A stretch of DNA of 64,000 nucleotides from Candidatus Latescibacterota bacterium (lineage in GTDB: Bacteria > Latescibacterota > UBA2968 > UBA8231), in contig OZ242318.1 of assembly GCA_965208105.1 (NCBI GenBank), positions 3,232,001 through 3,296,000 on the forward strand. Direction: 5' to 3'. Numbering within the stretch: position 1 is the first letter of the stretch; every line of letters starts with the position of its first letter. Both the position numbers and the translations under genes were made by a program. Shown here one piece after another: positions 19,963-30,519 of the stretch. The notes beneath the pieces are model-generated. The model saw nothing but the letters and a program-made list of their open reading frames with translations. It did no database searches and was not told the origin of the DNA.

Positions 19963-20739
19963 TCAGCCAATTCCCCTTGGATCCTGGCGCAGGGTCTCGA
20001 GGTTGTCTTGCAGAATCCGGGTTCCATACCCCACGATATTCCCCACATTAAGAAATCGGTAGCCCCAGCGGATCTTCTCCTGGATTTCGCCTACATCCAT
20101 CAGGGTAGTTCCGGCGACAATACCGGTACCCTCAAGCTTCCTGGGTACATCTTCCATTATTTCCTGGACTTCCCTGGAGCTGGTTTCGGTAATTTTGCCG
20201 ACAGAAGCCGACAAGTCCAGGGGTCCAACGAGGAGCACGTCTATGCCTGGGATCTTTTTGGTTTCGTCGATGTTTTCGTACGCTTCCCGGCTCTCGACCT
20301 GAAGGACGAGGACGGTCTCTTCATTGGCGGTTTTGATGACGTGATCCCAGTCTTCTCCGGCAACGCGGACCCAACCGGGGGACAGACCGCGTTCTCCCTC
20401 AGGGGGATATTTGGCATAGCGCACGGCACGGGCTGCTTCTTCCGGGGTGTTCACTTGAGGCACCATTACAGCTACGGCACCGACATCGTAGGCTTTCTTG
20501 ATGAGAGCAGGGTCGTTCCAGGCCACCCGGATCATGGGTGCCACTCCCTTGGTCCGGGCGAGGACGGGGATGGCATCCAGGGCCTCGGTTCCGAAAGGTG
20601 CGTGTTCCGTATCGATCCACAGGAAGTCCGGCCGGGTGGAGAGAACGGTTCCGGCGAGGATCGGGGTGGGGGCGGGAAGGGAACTTCCCAGGACTATTTC
20701 ACCCTTTTTCAATTTTCGCTTTAGAGGATTTGGATACAT
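19963..20739 (-). CDS. HpcH/HpaI aldolase family protein
   Basis: DFLWIDTEH, PMIRV, VMVPQV, KYPPEGERG, QVES, VGPLDLS; AAGGAG RBS. Confidence 0.92.
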   Translation of the reverse strand: MYPNPLKRKLKKGEIVLGSSLPAPTPILAGTVLSTRPDFLWIDTEHAPFGTEALDAIPVLARTKGVAPMIRVAWNDPALIKKAYDVGAVAVMVPQVNTPEEAARAVRYAKYPPEGERGLSPGWVRVAGEDWDHVIKTANEETVLVLQVESREAYENIDETKKIPGIDVLLVGPLDLSASVGKITETSSREVQEIMEDVPRKLEGTGIVAGTTLMDVGEIQEKIRWGYRFLNVGNIVGYGTRILQDNLETLRQDPRGIG

Positions 20740-20879
20740 TGGTTCTCCTTTACTCAATTCCAAGGGACTTAAAGTAATATGCAGATTGAGTAGTATGTAG
20801 ATTGAGGATTTCTGTCAAGTAAGAGGACGGGGATTATCTGATGAAACACCAGGAGGCTGCCGTCCATTCGGTTTTTGTT

Positions 20880-21689
20880 TTATCCCAGGGAGAAAAGGAT
20901 CAGCGCTCCCAGGGCGATCCGGTAGAAGGAGAACAGGTAGGTGCCGTGCCTCGTCAGGAAGTGCAGGAGGAAACCGATGGCAAGGTATCCGCTCACCGCT
21001 GCAGCAGTGATTCCCGCTCCAAGGTAGAAGAGACTTTGACCTCCCAGGCCGTATTCCAGCAAGTTGACGAGTTGCATCAAACCGCTTGCCCCGATGGCAG
21101 GCAAGCCCAGGAAAAAGGAGAACCGCGCTGCATCCGCGCGCCTGAGGCCGATGAGGAGCCCGCCCATAATGGTGGAACCTGAGCGCGAGCAGCCCGGGAT
21201 CAAGGCCAGGGCCTGGCACAGGCCGATGAGTTGGATGTGCCAGAATCCCAGGTCCTGTATGGAGCGGGTTCGGGTCCCCACCAGTTCGGCAAGGATGAGG
21301 AGAAGGGCAAGAACAATCAGGCTCGCGGCGATAATACCGAGTCCTCGCGCCTCGGTCTCGATGAAATTCTGGAAGGTCAACCCCAGGGTTGCGATAGGAA
21401 GAGTGCCGGGAAGAATTGACCAGGCAAGGCGCGAATCTGGAGTGTGGTTGAGGTTGCGATGCTTGAGGCCTACGAGGGCTGCAGTAAAAAGCCGCCTGAT
21501 ATCGGATGCAAAGTAAGCAAACACCGCGGCGAGTGTACCTAGCTGGACAACGGCGGAGAAGGCGGCGCCCGGGTCGGGCCAGCCCAGAAAATGGGGAACT
21601 ACGCGGAGGTGAGCCGTACTGCTTATGGGCAGAAATTCGGTCAGGCCCTGGATGAGGCCCAGAAGGAGATGCTGAAGGAAGGTCATCAA
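20880..21689 (-). CDS. uppP: Undecaprenyl-diphosphate phosphatase
   Basis: GLIQGLTEFLPISSTAH and ALIPGCSRSGST signature motifs. Confidence 0.96.
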   Translation of the reverse strand: MMTFLQHLLLGLIQGLTEFLPISSTAHLRVVPHFLGWPDPGAAFSAVVQLGTLAAVFAYFASDIRRLFTAALVGLKHRNLNHTPDSRLAWSILPGTLPIATLGLTFQNFIETEARGLGIIAASLIVLALLLILAELVGTRTRSIQDLGFWHIQLIGLCQALALIPGCSRSGSTIMGGLLIGLRRADAARFSFFLGLPAIGASGLMQLVNLLEYGLGGQSLFYLGAGITAAAVSGYLAIGFLLHFLTRHGTYLFSFYRIALGALILFSLG

Positions 21690-21824
21690 GCCTGATCTTG
21701 GTTGTTCCCTAACCTACGTTGCCCGCTCTGTCTTGACAAGCTGAAGGCATCGGATTACCCTACGAAATCCCCTCCCTCCAGAGCAGCCGGGCCGCCGCCT
21801 CAGCGCGGACGTAAAGAGGAATGA

Positions 21825-23015
21825 ATGAAGATTCTGGTTGCCAATCTGGGCAGTACTTCCTTCAAATACAAGCTCTTCGATATGCCCGCGGGCGAAGTCC
21901 TGGCCGTCGGGAGCATGGATCGCATAGGGGACACAGTTTCCGTTCACAAATACCGCTTGGGGGCGGCCGGGGAGGTGGAGCAGGCCTGCCACCTGCCCGA
22001 TCACGAGAGTGCCATCGACGAGGCACTGAGAAGGCTGGGGGGACGTGGCGGGATTCTGGCGGCCCCGAATGAGCTGAAGGCGGTCGGCTTCAAGGCAGTA
22101 CACGCACGCAGCATTTCGGGTACAGTAGCCCTGGATGAGGATGCAATCGATCGCATGGTCAGTTACTATCCCCTGGCACCGGCTCACAATCCCGCCTATG
22201 TCGCCGCAATCCGCCAGTTCAACCGGGTGGCACCGAACGTGGAGCTGGTCGGCTGCTTCGAGAGCGCATTCCACGGCCGCATGCCCCTGCGCCGGCAGCT
22301 CTATGCGGTGCCCTACTCCTGGTACGAAGACTACGGTGTGAGGCGCTACGGTTTTCACGGAGCCAGCCACCGTTTCGCCTCAGAGAAAGCCATGGAGCTG
22401 GAAGGTGTCTGCGAGCTCAGGCAGGTCAACTGCCACCTGGGCGGATCCTCTTCCATCTGTGCCGTAAAGGATGGGGTGTCGGTGGGAGCCTCGCATGGCC
22501 TGAGTCCTCAAAGTGGGGTGCCTCAGAACAATCGTATCGGAGACCTGGATCCCTATGCTCTTCAGCTGGTCATGCAAGAGGAGGGTATCTCCTTTTCAAA
22601 AGCGCTGGAACAGTGTGGCACCAAGTCGGGACTGCTGGGTCTGTGTGGATACAACGACATGCGGGACATCGAAGCACAGGCGGCAATGGGAAACCAAAGC
22701 TGCGCTCTGGCCATGGAGGTGTTCGCAGGGGCGATTCGCGACTATCTGGGCGCCTACCTCGTCGAGTTGGGTGGCATAGATGTCATAAGTTTTACGGGCG
22801 GCATCGGCGAGCATTCGAGCGCCGTGAGGGAAATGGTCCTGCGCGACCTGGAATTTCTGGGAGTCGTACTGGACCGGGAGGCGAATGGGCAAATCCGCGG
22901 TGAGGGATGCCTCCACGCCGCTGCAAGCCGGGTACACATCTACGTAATGCGCACGGACGAGGAGCTTGTCGTCGCTCGGCAGACACATGAATTCCTGACC
23001 GAAAGGGAGGGCTAG
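21825..23015 (+). CDS. ackA: Acetate/propionate kinase
   Basis: ILVANLGSTSFKY, APAHNP, RRYGFHGASH, CHLGGSSS, FTGGIGE, TDEE. Confidence 0.92.
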   Translation: MKILVANLGSTSFKYKLFDMPAGEVLAVGSMDRIGDTVSVHKYRLGAAGEVEQACHLPDHESAIDEALRRLGGRGGILAAPNELKAVGFKAVHARSISGTVALDEDAIDRMVSYYPLAPAHNPAYVAAIRQFNRVAPNVELVGCFESAFHGRMPLRRQLYAVPYSWYEDYGVRRYGFHGASHRFASEKAMELEGVCELRQVNCHLGGSSSICAVKDGVSVGASHGLSPQSGVPQNNRIGDLDPYALQLVMQEEGISFSKALEQCGTKSGLLGLCGYNDMRDIEAQAAMGNQSCALAMEVFAGAIRDYLGAYLVELGGIDVISFTGGIGEHSSAVREMVLRDLEFLGVVLDREANGQIRGEGCLHAAASRVHIYVMRTDEELVVARQTHEFLTEREG

Positions 23016-23194
23016 AGTCAGCTTCCGACACCAGTAAATGGTCGGGAATTGCCGCTTCCATGCGTCCTTGCCAACCTCTTTTTGATTTATTTCCATGCGG
23101 ATTCCCCCACCGCGCTTCTTTATTGCCAATTTAGTCAGCATCACTACCTTTTTATTGGATCTGCCAACGGCATCCAGCCAAATGAACTGGTTCA

Positions 23195-26092
23195 ATGGAC
23201 GTGCGCGACGACAAGAAGAGTTCCCCTAGCCGATTGGGTAAAGCCCAAAAGCGGTTGCTGCTGCTGGTCCTTGGGCTGGGTGTATTCATGCTGGCGGACA
23301 CGCTCTACCTGCTGGCCAATCGCTTGGCCGAGGTCCTGGGAATAAATTACTTTGCCATTACGGAGGTTTCTCTCCCCAGGTTTTATCAGGGGATGGTTTT
23401 GTCCCACACCGGGGTCGGCCTGGCCCTGGCTGCGCTCGCCCTTGGATTTGTGGTCTGGCACTTGCCCAGGGTGTGGCGGGCAAACCGCCGCCGGGCAATC
23501 ACCACGGGAGCCGCAACGGTTACCCTGGGTGGGGTCCTGACCGTTACCGGGCTTTTTATCCTCAGCGAAGCCAACAGCCGCGAGAACGCCTGGGCTTTCT
23601 GGATTCACGTCGCCGCCGCGGGGTTGTTGCCGGCTTTCTATCTGGCGCACAGGCGAATCTCCCTGTGGAAGCCCTCGGCCCGCAGCTACCGGGTTGTGCC
23701 CGGGGCGATAGTCGGACTTTTCGTGCTGGCGGTGGTACTCCACGGCCTCAGCTATGACCGGGACCCCTACACTCCCGCGGCCGAGAAAGCTTTTGCGGCA
23801 GGCTCCTACCTGGGACCAGGTTCCAAGCTGCAGAAAGTGGAAGATTATGCGGAGTCCGCGTTTGTTCCGGCCAATTTCGTACCGACCCAAAGCCCCTTTT
23901 TTCCAGCGGCCACGACCACCACGACCGGGAATTACCTTCCTTCGCGCATTATAACCCGTGGTGATCTATCCAATCCTGAGAAGCTGAAAAAGGAGATAGG
24001 TCGATACGGATTTGTAGCAGAGGAGCCGATTGGAGCCGAGACCTGTATCCGTTGCCATGCCGATATCGTCGAGCAGTGGTCCAGGTCGGCGCACCGCTTT
24101 GCCTCATTCAACAATCCCTTCTACGAAGCAACCATCAACGATTTGCGCGAGACCTCGGTTCACGGCAATGCTGAGGTCCGTGGCCATATCGACCACTTTG
24201 CCGGCCTGAAAGGCAAGGAAGGCCCGATCAAGTCCAAGTGGTGTTCGGGATGCCATGATCCGGCCCTGATGCTGGCCGGCAAGATGACCCAGCAGATCGA
24301 CCGTGAATCGCCCCAGGCCCAGGCAGGCCTCACCTGCCTGTCCTGCCATGCCATAGACCTCATCCACAACCAGACCGGAAACGGCAACTACAATATCGCC
24401 GACGAACAGGAGGACCCTTACCTCTTTGCAGAATCCGCCTCGGGCATGGGACGCATGATCCACGACGCGTCCTTGAAGGCGCGGCCTGCAGTTCACAAGC
24501 GCCAGATGCTCAAGGGATTCTTTCACACCTCGGAATTCTGCGCTACCTGTCACAAGGTCAGCCTGGATTCGCGCCTGAACGGATATCGCTGGCTCCGCGG
24601 CCAGGACGAGTACGACAACTGGCACGACAGCGGGGTGGCGCGCAACGCCGCCCGCACATTCTACCTGCCCGAGAAAGCCCGGGTCTGCCAGGACTGCCAC
24701 ATGCCACCCGAAAGGGCCTATCTGGGCGACGTTGCGGCAAAGGATGGATACGTGCGCTCGCACCGCTTTCTGGCGGTCAATACGGCACTGCCGTTCCTGC
24801 GCGGAGACGTGGAAACCATCGGGCGCATCGAGGCATTCTTGCAGGATGAAAAGCTCGGTGTCGATATTTTCGCTCTGCGCCGCGGCGAAGGAGAGATAAT
24901 CTACTCCCTGGACAGAACGCAGCCGTCACTGCGTCCCGGTGAGTCCTTTCAGTTCGATGTAGTGGTGCGCAACAAAGGTGTGGGGCACACTTTTCCAGGG
25001 GGAACCAACGACTCCAACGAGGGCTGGCTGGAGGTCTCGGTGCTGGATGGAGATGGAATCCTTCTGGCGCAAAGCGGCCAGGTACGCGATGACGGCCACG
25101 TCGACCCCGCAGCCCATTTCTACAAGGCTCTGCTGGTTGACCACCGCGGCGAGGGCATTCACAAGCGCAACGCCCAGGATATCGTCACCAGTGTCTATAC
25201 CCGCGTCATTGGTCCGGGTACGGCAGACGTTGCCCATTACAGCTTTCGCATACCGCGGGATTACGATGGTGCCCAGCTGACTCTCAAAGCCCGCCTGCTG
25301 TGGCGCAAGTTCGACCGCAAGTACACCGAATTTGCCTACCGCAACAACCCGGAGGGATTCACAGCCTTCGACAGGGTACCGGATCTTCCCGTCAGTCAAA
25401 TCGCCGCGGACGAGTTGATATTATCCGTAGGTGGAAGTGGAGGTGCTCTGGGCTCGCCGCTGGAGGAGGAATGGGTACGGTTCAATGACTACGGCATCGG
25501 CTTGCTCCTGCAGGAAGATACACAGGGGGCGGCCAGGGCTTTCGAGCAGGTGGTCGAATGGGCTCCGGAGCGCCTTGACGGATACCGCAATCTGGCGCGC
25601 GTGGCTTTGCGGGACGGCAACCTGGAGGCCGCATATGAATTCTTGCAGCGCTGCGAAGAAAGGGTGGAAGGAGATCCCCAGACCGCCTGGGTCTGGGGGA
25701 GGGTGCTGCAGGAGGATGGGCGTTACGAGGCGGCGGCGGCCGCCTATCGCCGCGTCCTTCACGATTTTCCCGACGACCGGGCGTCGTGGCGCAACCTGGG
25801 GCGCGTCCTCTACCTGGACAGCCGCTTCGAGGAGGCCCTGGCGGCCCTGAACCAGACCTTGCGAATCGATCCGGAGGACAGGATTGCCCATTACCACCGA
25901 ATGCTCTCCCTGCGGGCCCTGGGGCGCGAAGAAGAGGCGGGGATTGCGGCAGAGGCCTACAAGTATTACCAGATCGACGAATCTGCACAGGAGTTGACCC
26001 GGGCCTACCGATTGAAGCATCCTCACGACAACCGCGAAGCGCAGAGGATACACGTACACCCCTTGACCAAAACTACAAAGGCTGGTGTATGA
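23195..26092 (+). CDS. Membrane-anchored pentaheme cytochrome c with C-terminal TPR domain
   Basis: About 5 N-terminal TM helices; CIRCH, CSGCH, CLSCH, CATCH, CQDCH; GHTFPGG motif; TPR repeats. Confidence 0.88.
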   Translation: MDVRDDKKSSPSRLGKAQKRLLLLVLGLGVFMLADTLYLLANRLAEVLGINYFAITEVSLPRFYQGMVLSHTGVGLALAALALGFVVWHLPRVWRANRRRAITTGAATVTLGGVLTVTGLFILSEANSRENAWAFWIHVAAAGLLPAFYLAHRRISLWKPSARSYRVVPGAIVGLFVLAVVLHGLSYDRDPYTPAAEKAFAAGSYLGPGSKLQKVEDYAESAFVPANFVPTQSPFFPAATTTTTGNYLPSRIITRGDLSNPEKLKKEIGRYGFVAEEPIGAETCIRCHADIVEQWSRSAHRFASFNNPFYEATINDLRETSVHGNAEVRGHIDHFAGLKGKEGPIKSKWCSGCHDPALMLAGKMTQQIDRESPQAQAGLTCLSCHAIDLIHNQTGNGNYNIADEQEDPYLFAESASGMGRMIHDASLKARPAVHKRQMLKGFFHTSEFCATCHKVSLDSRLNGYRWLRGQDEYDNWHDSGVARNAARTFYLPEKARVCQDCHMPPERAYLGDVAAKDGYVRSHRFLAVNTALPFLRGDVETIGRIEAFLQDEKLGVDIFALRRGEGEIIYSLDRTQPSLRPGESFQFDVVVRNKGVGHTFPGGTNDSNEGWLEVSVLDGDGILLAQSGQVRDDGHVDPAAHFYKALLVDHRGEGIHKRNAQDIVTSVYTRVIGPGTADVAHYSFRIPRDYDGAQLTLKARLLWRKFDRKYTEFAYRNNPEGFTAFDRVPDLPVSQIAADELILSVGGSGGALGSPLEEEWVRFNDYGIGLLLQEDTQGAARAFEQVVEWAPERLDGYRNLARVALRDGNLEAAYEFLQRCEERVEGDPQTAWVWGRVLQEDGRYEAAAAAYRRVLHDFPDDRASWRNLGRVLYLDSRFEEALAALNQTLRIDPEDRIAHYHRMLSLRALGREEEAGIAAEAYKYYQIDESAQELTRAYRLKHPHDNREAQRIHVHPLTKTTKAGV

Positions 26093-27891
26093 GATGGTTT
26101 CTCCAGGTGCCTCTTGCATGCCTGGCGGTCGCCGCGCTGCTGTCCTGCGACGGCAATGACCGGAAGAGCCCGGCCCCGCCAGCCGACTATGCCCGCGCTC
26201 CATCTCTGGACTATGCCAGTTCGGGGGATCAAGTCCCTGCTCCCCGAGTAAATTTCGTAGATATTACCCGGGAAGCAGGCATCGATTTTCACCACGAAAC
26301 CGGTGCCGTGGGGAGTAAGTGGATGCCCGAGACCATGGGCAGCGGCTGCGCCCTTTTCGACTACGACGGTGACGACGACCTGGATATTCTGCTGGTAAAC
26401 AGCAACTGGTGGAGGGGGGAAGAGAGGGGAAGCCCACCCACCAGCAGACTTTACCGCAACCGGGGGGATGGCCTCTTCGAGGATGTCACTCTCCAGGCCG
26501 CCCTGGATTTTTCGGTCTACGGCATGGGAGTGACCATTGCCGACTACGATGCCGACGGGGACCCCGACGTCTACATGACGACCCTGGGGAAAAATTTGTT
26601 GCTGCGCAATGACCAGGGAAGATTTGTGGATTGTGCCGGGGAGGCAGGAGTAGCCGGGTCAGAGTGGACGGATGACAGTGGACGCCGGCATTCCGAGTGG
26701 TCCACGGCTGCCGCCTGGGTGGATGTCGACGGCGACGGCTGGCTCGATTTATTCTCGACCAACTACGTCCAGTGGTCTGCCGAGACCGATATATTCACTA
26801 CCCTGGACGGCAAACAAAAGTCCTATGCCACTCCCCAGCAGTACACAGGCTCGACCTGCCGGCTGTATCGCAACCGGGGCAACGGCACTTTTGATGAAAT
26901 TACAAGGGAGGCCGGGGTCTATCTGCCGAATGCCAAATCCATGGGGCTATGCGTTGCGGACCTCGATGGAGATGATGCGCCTGACCTGGTGATTACCAAC
27001 GATACGCAGCCGAATTTTCTATTGCGCAACCTGGGAGATGGCCGCTTCGAGGAAATAGGCCTTGAGGCTGGAATAGGCTTCGACGAAACCGGACGTGCGC
27101 GAGCCGGAATGGGAGTGGATATCAGCTCGCTGGGGAATGACGGAGTGCAGTCCATTGCCATCGGCAACTTCAGCCGCGAGGCCCTGTCGCTCTACCGGCA
27201 GACGGGGGAGGCCTTTCTGGACGTCGCTGGCAAGAGCCGCCTGGTCCAGCCGACTCTGCCGACCCTGACATTCGGGCTGCGGTTCTTCGACTACGACCTG
27301 GATGGTTTCCAGGATCTGATTCTGGCCAATGGCCACATCGAGCCGGAGATCAACAGTGTCCAGCGGGACATAGAGTACATGCAAAAACCCCAGCTGTTCT
27401 GGAACGATGGAACTGGTCGGATGATTGACTGTTCGGAACAGATCGGTGGTCCGTTCAGTCAGCCCTTTGTGGGGCGCGGCTTGGCCGTGGGGGATATCGA
27501 CGCTGACGGGGACATCGATGTTTTGTTTACAACCAACGGTGGCCCTGCGCGGCTTTTGAGAAACGACGGACCGACGGGCGGGTCGGTGGCATTGCACCTG
27601 AGGGGAGCGGGGAACAATCCGGATGCCCTGGGGGCCGTGGTAACGGCAATTGTGGGCGGTGGGCGAAGGCGACAGATGGCGCGGACGGGCTCCTCTTATT
27701 TGAGCCACAGCGCACCGATTCTGACTTTCGGGTTGGGAAGACAGGAGGCAATTGATCGTCTGGAGATCCTCTGGCCGGACGGGGAGCAGGAAGTAATGGA
27801 GGGACTCGAGGCAGGTTTTCAATACTGGATCGAGCAGAGCAGGGGGGTGGTCAGGATGAAGGCCTATTCGACTGTCCCCAGTTCCAATTGA
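26089..27891 (+). CDS. CRTAC1-family lipoprotein (FG-GAP/VCBS repeats + ASPIC/UnbV)
   Basis: ATG overlaps upstream TGA (ATGA); lipobox LLSC; repeated DYDGDDDLD/DVDGDGWLD; GSSYLSHS...FGLG...IxWPDG. Confidence 0.9.
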   Translation: MRWFLQVPLACLAVAALLSCDGNDRKSPAPPADYARAPSLDYASSGDQVPAPRVNFVDITREAGIDFHHETGAVGSKWMPETMGSGCALFDYDGDDDLDILLVNSNWWRGEERGSPPTSRLYRNRGDGLFEDVTLQAALDFSVYGMGVTIADYDADGDPDVYMTTLGKNLLLRNDQGRFVDCAGEAGVAGSEWTDDSGRRHSEWSTAAAWVDVDGDGWLDLFSTNYVQWSAETDIFTTLDGKQKSYATPQQYTGSTCRLYRNRGNGTFDEITREAGVYLPNAKSMGLCVADLDGDDAPDLVITNDTQPNFLLRNLGDGRFEEIGLEAGIGFDETGRARAGMGVDISSLGNDGVQSIAIGNFSREALSLYRQTGEAFLDVAGKSRLVQPTLPTLTFGLRFFDYDLDGFQDLILANGHIEPEINSVQRDIEYMQKPQLFWNDGTGRMIDCSEQIGGPFSQPFVGRGLAVGDIDADGDIDVLFTTNGGPARLLRNDGPTGGSVALHLRGAGNNPDALGAVVTAIVGGGRRRQMARTGSSYLSHSAPILTFGLGRQEAIDRLEILWPDGEQEVMEGLEAGFQYWIEQSRGVVRMKAYSTVPSSN

Positions 27892-27911
27892 CTGATTACA
27901 AGGAGTAAGTT

Positions 27912-28403
27912 ATGTCGTTGACTTGGGCGAAATGGCTGCTGGCGTGCTGCTTGATGGCGGTTGTTTTTCTGAGCGGGTGTTCCGATGAAGGATCAACTCT
28001 TGGTCCGGAGGGCGCTCCCGACAGCGGAGCACCGGCCACGGGTGGAGAGGGGGAGGGCAGCGACAACGGCGATGGAGGCCCCCAAGGGCCTACCCTTGCT
28101 CAGCTGAGTGCCGAGATCTTTACTCCGCGGTGCGCCACATCCGGATGTCATTCGGGGACGGATCCTTCACGGGGCCTATCGTTGGAAGAGGATCGAATCG
28201 CCAGGGGAACGATCAACGTGGACAGCAAAGGGTCGGACCTCAAGCTCGTTGACCCGGGCAATCCAGAGGGGAGTTATATGCTGCTGAAGGTGCGTGGAGA
28301 CGAAGGTATTTCCGGCTCCAGGATGCCGCCTTCCAGGTTTTTGAGCGCCGAGGAGATTGAGAAAATCCGTTCCTGGATTGCCTCGGGTGCACCGGTGCAA
28401 TGA
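27912..28403 (+). CDS. Lipoprotein with atypical c-type heme motif (CATSGCH)
   Basis: AAGGAG RBS; lipobox LSGC; CxxxxCH; VDPGNPEGSYM...RMPP...IRSWIASGA (planctomycete-type cytochrome c signature). Confidence 0.78.
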   Translation: MSLTWAKWLLACCLMAVVFLSGCSDEGSTLGPEGAPDSGAPATGGEGEGSDNGDGGPQGPTLAQLSAEIFTPRCATSGCHSGTDPSRGLSLEEDRIARGTINVDSKGSDLKLVDPGNPEGSYMLLKVRGDEGISGSRMPPSRFLSAEEIEKIRSWIASGAPVQ

Positions 28404-28435
28404 GGGGTCCGGCGGTTGGAGCACGGGGCTGCGGG

Positions 28436-30400
28436 CTATCGGTTGCGGAGCAGTTCCTCCACCACAGAGGGGTCGGCCAGGGTGGAGATGTCTCCAATGT
28501 CTTCGGTCTCGTCGGTGGCGATCTTGCGCAGGATCCGGCGCATGATCTTGCCCGAGCGAGTCTTGGGCAGATTCGGTGCCCAGTGGATAACGTCAGGTGT
28601 TGCGATGGGGCCGATGACCTTGCGCACGTGCTGCTTCAGTTCGTCCCTGAGTTCGCCGGTGTAGTCGACCCCGACGTTTAGGGTGACATAGGCGTAAATG
28701 CCCTGCCCCTTCACTTCGTGAGGGAAACCGACAACGGCTGCTTCGGCGACATGAGCGTGGGCCACGAGCGCGCTCTCGACCTCGGCTGTGCCCATGCGGT
28801 GTCCGGAGATATTGATGACGTCGTCGACCCGACCGGTGATCCAGTAATATCCGTCCTCGTCCCGGCGGCAGCCGTCGCCAGTGAAGTAGTACCCTTTGTA
28901 TTGCTGGAAATAAGTGTCCTCGAAGCGCTTGTGGTCCCCGTACACCGTTCGCATCTGCCCGGGCCAGGGCCTTTTAATGGCCAGCACGCCTGCTCCTGCT
29001 CCCTCTAGTTCCTTTCCCGATTCAGGCTCGAGGACGGCGGGCTCGATTCCAAAGAAAGGCAGGGTCGCCGACCCCGGTTTGGCGGGAATGGCGCCGGGCA
29101 GCGGAGTGATGAGGATACCACCGGTCTCGGTCTGCCACCACGTGTCGACGATGGGACAACGTTCCTTGCCGGCGTTGACGTGGTACCAGCGCCAGGCTTC
29201 GGGATTGATGGGCTCCCCCACCGTGCCAAGAAGCCGCAGAGAAGGCATTTCGTACTTGGAAGGCCATTCCTCGCCTTCCCTGGATATGGCGCGAATGGCC
29301 GTTGGGGCGGTGTAAAACTGGTTGACCTTCCACTTTTCGATTACCTGCCAGTACCTGCCCGGGTCCGGATAGTTGGGAAGGCTCTCGAACATGATGGTAG
29401 TGGCGCCGTTGCCCAAGGGACCGTAGATGATGTAGGAGTGGCCGGTGACCCAGCCGATGTCTGCGGCGCAGAAGTAAATATCGCCCTCGTGATAGTCGAA
29501 GACGTACTTGTGGGTGACGGCCGTGTAGACCATGTAGCCGCCGACGTTGTGCTGAACTCCCTTGGGCTTTCCGGTGGAGCCGGAGGTGTAGAGCAGAAAG
29601 AGGGGATCCTCGGCGTCCATCTCCTCGCAGGGGCACTCGGAGGAGATTCCCTCCATCAGATCGTGCCACCAGAAGTCGCGGCCTTCCCGCATTTCACAGT
29701 CAAAAGTGGGGTTGCCGGCGACGCGCTGCACCACGATACAGGTCTCCACTGGTTTGCCTGTCTTCTTCTCGACCTCGACCATGGCCTGGTCTGCGGTGGG
29801 TTTCATCAGCACTGGCTTGTCGCCGCGATGGGTGCCATTGCATGTGATTACCGTCGTGCAGGTGGAGTCGGCAATGCGGTCGGCCAGGGAGTCGGCGGAG
29901 AAGCCGCCGAAGACGATGGAGTGGACGGCGCCGATGCGGGCACAGGCAAGCATGGCCACGGCCAGCTCGGGAATCATGGGCATGTAGATGGAGACGCGGT
30001 CCCCCTTCCCCACTCCTTTGGACTTGAGAACGTTTGCGAATTTGCACACCTGTTCGTGCAGCTGACCATAGGTCAGGGTGGCCTCCTCGCCCGGCTCGTT
30101 CCCCTCCCAGATTATGGCGACCTGGTCTCCCCGATTTTCAAGGTGGCGGTCCAGACAGTTGTAGGCGATGCTGGTCCTGCCGCCCTCGAACCACCTGATG
30201 AAAATGGGACCGGCATTCAAATCGTAGTTGTAGGAGTTGACCGTTTCCCACCTTTTGTACCAATGGAATTCCCCCGCTTTTTGCGCCCAAAAGATTTCGG
30301 GATCCTCAATGGACCTCTGATATTCCTCATGGTATTGGTCCAGGCTCTTAAGGTAGGCCCGGCGCTGGAAGGTGGGAGAAGGAGGGTAGATTTCCGCCAT
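28436..30400 (-). CDS. acs: Acetyl-CoA synthetase (AMP-forming)
   Basis: [41 protein letters not shown]. Confidence 0.98.
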   Translation of the reverse strand: MAEIYPPSPTFQRRAYLKSLDQYHEEYQRSIEDPEIFWAQKAGEFHWYKRWETVNSYNYDLNAGPIFIRWFEGGRTSIAYNCLDRHLENRGDQVAIIWEGNEPGEEATLTYGQLHEQVCKFANVLKSKGVGKGDRVSIYMPMIPELAVAMLACARIGAVHSIVFGGFSADSLADRIADSTCTTVITCNGTHRGDKPVLMKPTADQAMVEVEKKTGKPVETCIVVQRVAGNPTFDCEMREGRDFWWHDLMEGISSECPCEEMDAEDPLFLLYTSGSTGKPKGVQHNVGGYMVYTAVTHKYVFDYHEGDIYFCAADIGWVTGHSYIIYGPLGNGATTIMFESLPNYPDPGRYWQVIEKWKVNQFYTAPTAIRAISREGEEWPSKYEMPSLRLLGTVGEPINPEAWRWYHVNAGKERCPIVDTWWQTETGGILITPLPGAIPAKPGSATLPFFGIEPAVLEPESGKELEGAGAGVLAIKRPWPGQMRTVYGDHKRFEDTYFQQYKGYYFTGDGCRRDEDGYYWITGRVDDVINISGHRMGTAEVESALVAHAHVAEAAVVGFPHEVKGQGIYAYVTLNVGVDYTGELRDELKQHVRKVIGPIATPDVIHWAPNLPKTRSGKIMRRILRKIATDETEDIGDISTLADPSVVEELLRNR

Positions 30401-30519
30401 CGCGATGATCTCCTGGCTGAGTGATTCTTTTCCGATAGGGTGCGATAAGAAATCGGGTTTGCAAACCTTGCTTTTTCACCAAAGTATAATCCCTGCCTTG
30501 CTTCATCTCAAGAGGAACA

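Noticed and set aside
25786-26088. N-terminal extension of the CRTAC1 ORF (701 aa)
   Set aside because: Overlaps the cytochrome gene; ATG 26089 gives a proper lipoprotein signal and ATGA coupling
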